Program-made: the position numbers and the translations under genes
The notes under the pieces: generated by a model
The model's input: only the letters and a program-made list of their open reading frames with translations
Database searches by the model: none
Told to the model about the DNA's origin: nothing
Part shown: positions 54,772-64,000 of the stretch, in pieces
Layout of the letters: each line of letters starts with the position of its first letter
How positions within the stretch are numbered: the first letter of the stretch is position 1
DNA from: Epiperipatus broadwayi
Lineage: Eukaryota > Animalia > Onychophora
Direction of reading: 5' to 3'
DNA length: 64,000 nt
NCBI GenBank assembly: GCA_028023455.1
Contig: JAQFVV010000004.1
Location: 25,296,001-25,360,000 of the forward strand

Positions 54772-55026
54772 GAACTATTTTGAAAAGAAGAACTCTGTGC
54801 TTGATATATTAAATTATTTTATAAATATCCAGTTAGGGTGAAATTTAGAAGGGAAATAAATATAATTCTTATAGGATTTTTATTTTATTGATTTTTCATC
54901 TATTTGTAAAATATATTTGTGTATTCAAAATTTTAGTTAGTATAAAAGGATCTTATAAAGCTAAATGTCCATGGCCTATTGTATCATCATGAATTGTAAC
55001 AATGTATTTCATTTGATTTAAATTGT

Positions 55027-55161
55027 TATAAGAAACTGTTTAGTTGTACAAAAGACCATATAAAAGAAATCTGGGGATATGCATTTCTTTTAGAAAATGA
55101 GAAAGGTATTAAAGCAATATATAATGCCCATAGTTTAAAACCATATAGAGAAACATTTTGA
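55027..55161 (+). pseudogene. Gypsy integrase C-terminal remnant
   Basis: YKKLFSCTKDHIKEIWGYAFLLENEKGIKAIYNAHSLKPYRETF*. Followed downstream by the PPT-like AAGGATGGAAA (55329) and an LTR-like start TGTGA...TCACA (55342-55363). Confidence 0.55.
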
Positions 55162-56616
55162 GTATATCTAATTAATTTCTAAAATAAAGAAGTTTAATTG
55201 TATAGTAATTAATTTTGTTGTTACAATTTCATAAATTTTAGTTGATCTTAAATTGTAAGTAAAAAAAAATATTTAGAAAATTAGTATTAGTTTTGTATAA
55301 GAAGTTGAATTGTTTTCTTTATTTTATTAAGGATGGAAATATGTGATATGTAAATCCGTCACATGTCTATCCTAATGTTAAATAAAGAAAACAATAAGGA
55401 GTAATTTGTTTATATAAATTTTAATATAGTTAATATTAAAATAGTTAACAATTAAAAATATTTATGTATTAGATAGAAGTAGATAAAACTCAGAATGAGT
55501 GCAAAAATAAATGCAAATGTAAATGAAATATTAAAAAATAATAATTAAAAAAAATTATATGCATCTTAATTTTAAAAGAAATATTTTATTTGAATTAAAA
55601 ATAAAATTAAAAATAATTATTTTATCATATTGAATAATAAACTTCATTTCATTGTATATATAAAAAAGTCTCAACAAATTTGTGTAAAAGAAAGAAATGT
55701 GTTATTGCTAAATGATGAGATAAATTTTCTTTTTTTTTATTTCAATGAGATCAATATTTTTTTATGAATAATTTAAGTTTTTATGAATTTATTGAACAAA
55801 TTATAGTAACCTGTGACTTAATTGCTTAAAAGAAAATATGAGTCCTTCTTAATATCTTCAAAACCATGAACGGGATGAATAACAATAAAAAATAAATAAA
55901 TCATTTCTTTAATGTCTGCTAATGCTATGTTAAGTGATTTAAACCATTTATCTGGATATGTACATTAAATGAAAGAACCGAATGAAGTTGAAAATAGCTG
56001 GATATCATCTATGAATAAGATACATGGAGGCATCATCACTATCATCATTGTTGGAATTCTACATAAGACATTAAAAAATGGAACTATCTGAAAGAATGTC
56101 AAAAGGTTGTGAACTGACAAACACTGGTGAATTTTTGAAAATTATCATTAACATTTTTTTTCAACTTTCAATTAAAATATATATATATTAGAAATGTTTT
56201 CTCTTTCAAAATTTAAAAGAATAGCATAATTTTTACATATCAATATTATTCAATATAAGGTTAATAATTAAATCAAGTAATTAAAATTTAAAATAATCAA
56301 TATAAATGAACTTAATAAAACAATCTAAAGGATATATTTAATATTTAAAGTTTTTTTTTGAACATACATAATTAATTTTATAGAAAAGTTTCACTTGACC
56401 CAAAGACGTATATACTTTTTTTTAAAAAGATACTTTCAATTACAATATATTTATGTCTGAATGTTAGTGTGAAAGATGGTATGTACTAACCAACTTTGTG
56501 ATTGTAGAAATATATATATATTAGAATATTGTTTAAATGTAGATAGAAATTTTAAAAATTGCAATAAATTCAAAATAGATGGTAATAGTGTATGTTGAAA
56601 TTTATAATTGATGTTA

Positions 56617-56730
56617 AACCATTAAACATCACTTGATCACTATTTCTTATGCTAGCACATTACTGTTATTAAAACAGGCAAAACTCTCCATATAGAGTGG
56701 CACTACTGTATGGAGAGTTTTATCTGTTTT
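56617..56730 (+). repeat. Head + foldback repeat, copy 3 (collapsed 60-bp hairpin)
   Basis: Head plus AAAACAGGCAAAACTCTCCATA...TATGGAGAGTTTTATCTGTTTT. Confidence 0.82.
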
Positions 56731-57705
56731 AAATTTATGATTGTTAAAATTATTATTAATCATATATCATTTGATTCTGTTTTATAAGATATTGATTCAC
56801 CTATTCCTCAATTTACCTATCTATTAAGTGATAGATCACCTATTTCTCAAGTTACATATTTATTAAGTTGCAGATACCTAATTCTTAAATTATATATTTA
56901 CTAAATTAAATATTTATTGATTTATAGATTCATTGAACCTTTAGAAATGTATGAATCTTTAATAATTCTATTTTTTACAAATTTACTTTTGGGCAAAATA
57001 TTATAACAAAGTTATAATCTTATATTGCATTTATATTATTAAAAGCAGTTACTTGAGATTAAATGTAATAAATCCAATGTGTGGCTTAATAATAATATTG
57101 TATCATAAGGAATAAGCCCTTTCTTAATTTTTGGCATCATATAGATGCATCAATTACATTTTTGGGTTCAATAATCTGAGACATGAATAAAAGTCATTTA
57201 ATTGTGATGGACAGAGATATTTTTGGTCACCAATATGTTAGATCATTCATAATAATAATTTATAATAATAATATTTATTATTAGACCTTGAGTCATACAA
57301 CTTTGTTAGCTCTATTAATATAAATTTATATAATATTATCTATTGCATTATATATATATATTTCCTCTATAATCATGATTTTATAATCCATTATTTCAAT
57401 TATCTACAATTAACAAGAATAATAGTCTAAATATTTTTCTTTCTATTATACAATGCAATCATTCACTGGACACTCTCATTCACAAGAAACTTTTTGTTTT
57501 ATAAAACATACAAAGTTTGTTGAAAAGGTAATTATAATTTTATACAAAAAAATATTTCATTTGTATATTATATAAATCTATTTTATTATTAATAATTAAA
57601 ACACTGTACCGGTATATGTTTATTTTTCAATAAGTGCAACACTTTTATATGGCTCTAATTAAAACAATAAATCTAAACAATAAATTTCATTTACTGAACA
57701 GGTTT

Positions 57706-57776
57706 TCCATCTTAACTCAAAATAGGATTGTATCTTTTGAATCCATCTTAACTCAAAATAGGATTGTTTCTTTTGA
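57706..57776. repeat. 36-bp tandem duplication
   Basis: TCCATCTTAACTCAAAATAGGATTGT(A/T)TCTTTTGA occurs twice. Confidence 0.9.
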
Positions 57777-57999
57777 TTTTTTTTCCTTTCACTTAAATTA
57801 ATGAAAGATAAAATAAAACATTAAATTTAATAAAAGATGGTTAAGTTATAGATATATTAAGACGGGAGTAAAATTAGCAAAAAAATAAAGATAAAACACT
57901 TATAAATTTTATTTACTATAACTGGATAAATTTTATTTCTTTGCTTACTTTTTTAAAAAAATGATTGATTTAATAAAATGTAAATTTTATTGAACTGTT

Positions 58000-60700
58000 T
58001 TCATCATATAGATTACGTGTTAAATGTTTTTAGAAAAATTCAAATTTATTTACACTTTTACATATACATTCAATTCTTAACATTTAGGTTAGTAAATAAA
58101 ACATTACTTTGTGTTATATTCTTCCTCTAATCAGTGACAGAACTAGCATGGGAATGAAATAGTGACTTTAGATTAGTGAAAAAAGCTACAGTCAGTAGAA
58201 ATTTTATACTCTATGAAGTTCTTCCTGATTTCTCTATTATTTTAAGACTAATTAATTAGTACTTTTTTTTAACATTATGAACTATCATACTTTATTTGCT
58301 TATAAAGTTATTGACTATTAGCATGTGAACAGTTTTTAATTTTCTATTATTATTATTTTTACTTTTTTCTCTTTGCACAATATTTTTTGTATTTTTGTAA
58401 TTGAACATGGTTTATATTTAATCATACCAATTTTTGCTAATTTACTTTGTGTGCTTTGGACATTTTTTGGTAGGATAGGATGGTTGGATTTATTCATATA
58501 TACTCCACATAACCAAGTATTTGGTAGATGCAGTTTTTATTTTTTTAGCATTTCAAGTTTAAGTTTAGAAAAGATAGAATTTTCCACACTGTGCTATGTC
58601 TTTAGAAAGATGTTCTAATATTATATTAGTTGAAAGTTTTCTTTTGTTTGTCTGCTAGTCTAGGTTTTTTTTATATATTTCTTTTTGCTATCTATTTAAG
58701 ATTTTCTTAACAATTAGCTAGCTAATGGATAACCATTCTTTGTAAGAATTTGTTTTATATTGACTTTTCTTTTGTTCTAATTCACACTGATAGAATGAAT
58801 CTATTTTTGTGTGTTTTGGTCATAATTAAATGTATATATATATGTGTGTAAGTGTGTATATTAAGTATTTTCCTATGAGCGTGTTTTCTGTAAACCATAA
58901 TTTAAAAATCATCACAAGATTATTTATGAATGGCAATTTTTGTTCTTGTTCTAATTCTATCATGAATTAAATTAGAGGTATGTTATTGATGTATGTTCAA
59001 AATGTTTGCAATAATGCTTCACCATGTGTCAATACAAATTTTATCAATAATACAGCAAAATCAGACTTTAAATAAAGATGGGAAAATGTTTATGACTGTA
59101 GTTTTACATTTGAACCATGAATATGTAGATAGTCAGATGTAATAGTAATGAATCCATATTCATGAAAAAATTCTCTAATGATTTAAAAGCATTTTATTAT
59201 GCAGAAAGTTAATAGTTATGTTATACTATCAGTGTAAAGAGTTATTGATTTGTAAAGTTGTTACTCTTATTCAATGTTTTTCTCACATTAGATAATATTT
59301 TATCATAGAATACATTTTTGAATAAACTTTCCATGTGAAAACTTACCAATACGTCAATTTTTTATTATTTAATGTTTTTGATTAATTCCACAAAGTGGAC
59401 TATGGTTTATATACCAAAAGACTAAAAATATTAAGAATAAATCTTTAAAAAAATCAAACAAATACACTTTTCTTTTTACCTTTTCAATGCTTATTTTATA
59501 AAATTCAAATTAATCCATCTGACAATTTCAATTTCCCAGCAATCTTCCTCAGAATTTATCCTTGCTGAATAATAAGGAGAAGCACTGAAGAAGATTGTTG
59601 GGTGATCAAAACTGTCAGATGGATTAATTTTAATTTAATAAAATAAACATTGAAAAATAAAAACAAAGGTGGATTTTTTTGATTTTTTAAAATAAATTTA
59701 TTGATGCATTAAGAAAAATAAGTTGATAATATACTTTATAAAGAATGAATCTTGGCCAACTTTGTCATAGAAAGTTTCTAGAATAAACAATAGATTTGAA
59801 TTTTATATAGACCATAGCAGTATGAAATTTTATTAAAATAAATTATTTTTTCTGAATAAGTGAAATGCCCACATTGTTTTCTGAGGAATAATTGTAGCTT
59901 TCTTTCTGCAACTTGATGTTGATGTAAGATATTTTGTTTTCTTTGTGTATTGCTTACTCTGAAGAGATTTTTTTATTTTGCTGTCATAATTAGTAAGATC
60001 CATTGCAACTGTAAATTTTTATGCATGGACACTGATTATAGACTTGTCTACTATGAAAGATTAATAGCTTTCCTCTCAATATAAACCATTTTAGATTTGG
60101 GTTGTTAGTGTTTCTCGTGTGATTTTATTTTCCAGCATAATTCTATTGTTTTTCTTATAGACAATTTTTGAATGATTTCTTCAGTTACTGCCATTTTATC
60201 TAATAAAAGATATCAAAAGATATGATGGTAAAATGTAAGCTTTTCTTCAAAATAGAAATTTTGGCATCTGTTAGATGTTTAAACTAGGACTTTTAGCTAA
60301 TATTTCATGCAATATATGGTTTAATTTATTCATGTATCTGTATACATGTCTTCTTTGACATTTTAATTTTTCATCTAATTTAGAATATATATTTTTATTG
60401 TCAAAAACTATTTTGAAGTCTTTATCAGTACATTTAATTTTTTTGGCAAATATTATATGTTGCTAATGGATTGCAAGCCTTGATATTTAAAAAAATCTTT
60501 GAGAATTTAATTTTGCTCTTAACAGATCTTCTCTTGTTCTTTTCAACTATTTGTGAATGAATTAGATGTTTTTGTTGTAAGCTTTTAGAGACAATTTTTT
60601 CAGATTTACATTTGCATAGAAAGTTAATTGATTTTTTATTTTGGTTACTTTAAAATATATTTTCATAATGTTGATAAAGTAAGCTTATTGATGACGGTTT
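58000..60700 (-). mobile_element. Penelope-like element B (same family as A), degraded near-full-length copy with 3' pLTR
   Basis: The reverse complement is collinear with 14490-17010 from the N-terminus through the RT, GIY-YIG region and pLTR. Interrupted at 59435-59702. Confidence 0.75.
59435..59702. repeat. Inverted pair of HHR-bearing pLTR fragments nested in PLE B
   Basis: Arms about 59435-59555 and 59585-59702. CTGAAGA-AGATT..GATC-AAAAC at 59585-59612 and its reverse-complement counterpart. Confidence 0.75.
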
Positions 60701-60789
60701 AAATTTTTTTTTCAAATCTGTAAATAAATCATATTGGAAAAAAATATCAAAAGAAGAAATTTATAAATTTGAATGGACATATTAAACAT

Positions 60790-61260
60790 CATGCTACCCC
60801 AAATAACATTGCAACTTCATCAGTTAACACTCTTTGTTTAAAACATCTAACAAATTCTGAGGGTTTTCTTATGAAAAAAGAATTAAATCTTGCAATCACA
60901 TGATTTCATATACTTTTATAAAATATATTGACAGCCACTGAGAAAGTCATTCACAAACAGCCTCTAGATAAAGTAATTAGAATTGTGCTGGAGAATAAAA
61001 AGATCATTTGAGAGACATCAGTAATCCATGTCAAATATTATCTATGTTTATAGGGAAGCTATTAAATCTTTCAAGGTAGAAAAATCTATAATCATTACAG
61101 TTATAATGGATATCTGAACTATAGAAACAAAGCCCAATCATTAGACAGAAAACATCACAGGCATTTCACTAGTTCAGAAAAAAGTAAATTAATAAAATAT
61201 TTTGTCAAAATTCCAAATAAAATCCATAAAGATCTGTTGTATTCATTAGATATGTTTACT
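60790..61260 (+). mobile_element. Plus-strand fragment of the PLE A/B family, head-to-head with PLE B
   Basis: Homologous to 14820-15290 (e.g. CACTGAG..AGTCA.TCA, GAATT.TGCT.GAGAATAAAA, ATTAAATCTTTCAA). Confidence 0.7.
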
Positions 61261-62399
61261 TGCTATTTGAAAATAATTTATTGTCAAAAAAGTATAAATA
61301 TTATTTATTATTGCCTCTTGGAATCCACTCTTTATTTTATAATGTATATTATTTACAAATAGAATATTGATGTGCTCATGTTAAAAATTTATTTACAGAT
61401 ATATTACTTTACATTATTCTGCTGAAAACATATTTGTTATTCATTAATATTCGTCATATGAAGCTACAAATTTTATTTTAAAACTAATAATATTATCATC
61501 TATCTATATGTTAATTAAAACATCTACAATATTAATTATTATTCAATTTTCTATTTAAAAATATATGCAATGCTTATTACTAATCACTTCATTGTTTTAT
61601 CTAAATTGCTTATTGACATATTGTTAAATGAATATTACTTATGATTTAGAATAACTATTTTAAATTACTATATATACTAGAATGGCTATTTTAGTTATTG
61701 ATTGCTTAAAACTCTACTTATACCAGATTTTATTTGCCTGTTTGTTAATTTTAATTTTCAATATTGTCCAGATATTCTGAAAAATCTTCACCAGGATCCA
61801 GGAACTCTTTATTAGACTGTTATGCTGTTAAATGGTGTGGAATATCAAGTTTTAAGGACTGTTAATTTATTAATTGCTAAAAAGGTATAAACATCTAGTT
61901 TTAATATTTATTCATGTATGCATTATGTCTATAATTTTTTTCCTATGTATTACTTATGTATGATTTTTAATATGGTTATTATTATAGTTTTCAGAATATT
62001 ACTGTTATATGAAATATTTTTGAAGTGTGTAATATTATTTCCTTATGGAGTTATTTGAAATGTGAATAATAAAGTTTTATTTATATATACTCATATATAT
62101 ATATATATGCTTAATGTCAATTTTTTTTTTCTATATTTTAAATTATATTATACGGACTATAAAGATTATTTTATTAAAATATTGTACAGGCATATAAGAA
62201 TGGAATGTATACACATGTATGTGTGTGTAGAAATGTCAGAAACAATTAGTTTAAATTTTATAAATCTAAAAAAATTCCTTAATACTAGATAAATAATTAA
62301 TAAATTTTTATAGAAGGAATGTTAAAATATATATAATTGTATAAAAGATTGAAGAACATTGCTGAAAGAACAATAAATAAAAACCTATGTAAATGTGTA

Positions 62400-62900
62400 A
62401 TCAGTATTGTCAATAAAATCTCTCTCCACAAAGTTTCCAATAAGCTCATCAATCATTCTGCCACTGGAAACCATGCCTAATGAGATCCAGTGAGTAGAGA
62501 AGTAATGTACATTTTCCCTTCATCATCTCAGGGGAGTGTAAATTTTAGTTCCAATATAGTCAGTAAATCACTACCCATCTGAAATCTGAATGAGCATCTT
62601 GTCTGTATACTGATATTCAAAAAATAAGATATATGCTGATGATACTGTGATGATATATGAATACAACATGCTGACCATCCGTGCCTACATTTAAGAAATA
62701 TCAAGAATGAGCTACCCAGTCAATTATGTTACTGTCATTCATCTGCTGATCTGAATAATCAGTTTGTCTCCCTAATAACAAATAACTATTAATAGTCAAA
62801 AAAAAGGGTCATCCAAAGTGAATTTCCTACCATGGAAAGCATCACTTCCTTAGACTTACATGATGTTCTTTATACATTGCCATGTTCCAAATCCTTTGTA
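62400..62900 (+). mobile_element. Degraded non-LTR RT fragment (L2/CR1/Jockey-like)
   Basis: SQGSV at 62526-62540 and YADDTVMIY at 62632, with roughly the spacing expected for RT motifs. Confidence 0.45.
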
Positions 62901-64000
62901 AAGATAATTGCATAACTATTGAATTCTGATTGAGATCTCCACAATTCCTAAATACCAATAAATTTTAAACAATTCTTTGTATACTTGTTTACTTTTTTAA
63001 TGTTTTATGTTATTTTAATAATATCTAATCTCTTCATTATATGTATAAATTAAACTAACCTATACCTGTTTAAGAATGACTGAGTAAGTATTGATATATG
63101 TGGTCACTTTAAGTCATACATATATGCTATCTTTGAGTATTGAATGATCAGGTGACAAAGGACTATTATATAAACTTTTGTAGACTCACCTTTTCTTCCC
63201 CATAAAAGAAAGTTAATCAATAAAATGTGAAGATTCTTTAATTCCCCTTCCTCACTTGGCTCAAAGATGTTCATTTTTAACAATACAATAATTCAAGCAT
63301 TCTAATTAGAATTTTGCTCTTATTTAAATTATCAAGATCTGAAAATCTAATTTTAAACAAATATAAGATAAAAGTTGATTTACATTTTCTAATGGACAAA
63401 TACATATATGCTTTAGCTAAGATGTTAAGATTTCATGTAAATGTTTAATTATAATTATATACCTAAGTCACAAACCTGTCAAGCTATTTTATTAGTATTA
63501 TGGATTAATATGATTTTTAGGTTAGATCTTCATTAGGTAGGCATTAATAGAATATGTTATCATATTATGAGTATCTTGATTGAGCCAATTAGGCATTAAT
63601 TCACTGGGCCACATGATTTATGACTGCTTATGCAATCTTATATTGTGACTTTTCACAATTGTTTAATATATTCCTCATTGCTTATTTAAATAGCATTGCT
63701 GGGTTATTTGTCTGTTTTTGCGTGTGTTATAAACTTGTGTTTTACTACTATGAGTTAAAGTGATTATTCCTGCTCTTTAGAAATTGATTAGCTGAATGTT
63801 TTTCTAGAGATGGTCATGCCAATGCAGACCTATCTCTCACATATATATTCAATATTCATACTCAGTAAACTTGGCCATTTTAATATTATTATCAAAGCAG
63901 AGAATTTTTTTGCATAACAGTGATAAGCTTATTACCAAAAAAATGGGAAGATTCTCTTCCTTATTTATATGACCCTCTGTTCCAATGAAATTTCTGGGTT

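Noticed and set aside
55950-56090. Minus-strand CILFIDDIQLF, a possible LINE RT remnant
   Set aside because: A single motif without a convincing upstream PQG, too weak to list.
57706-57776. CRISPR-like 36-bp repeat
   Set aside because: Two abutting copies without a spacer in eukaryotic DNA, so a simple tandem duplication.
60750-61100. Minus-strand translation resembling hAT transposase
   Set aside because: The plus strand aligns at nucleotide level to PLE A (14820-15290), which explains it better.

Overview
This is very AT-rich, CpG-depleted eukaryotic (invertebrate, arthropod-like) genomic DNA, and it is mostly a layered transposable-element graveyard. I found no bacterial genes, rRNA, intact tRNA or CRISPR array. 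Supported content: (i) RTE-clade LINEs, including one young 5'-truncated copy with an 11-bp TSD, several older copies, and an endonuclease fragment split by a 3.15-kb insertion. (ii) At least three families of Penelope-like elements (PLEs; RT plus GIY-YIG), several in inverted or palindromic arrangements and carrying minimal hammerhead-ribozyme (HHR) motifs; one family's terminal repeat also contains a tRNA-like (Pol III A/B box) module just upstream of the HHR. (iii) Gypsy-type LTR material: a gag-only LTR-gag-LTR-PBS unit with 1.75-kb LTRs, two about 3-kb solo-LTR-like elements with 4-bp TSDs, and integrase C-terminal fragments. (iv) A degraded hAT (Charlie/GTF2IRD2-like) transposase, a young hAT MITE and a TTAA-flanked MITE. 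(v) An unclassified 'head + 120-bp foldback' repeat family whose arms co-vary and whose hairpin is flipped between copies. The only good host-gene candidate is a signal-peptide exon on the minus strand (48474-48381). All homology calls are by-eye motif recognition and manual alignment, identities are rough estimates, and boundaries of degraded elements are approximate.
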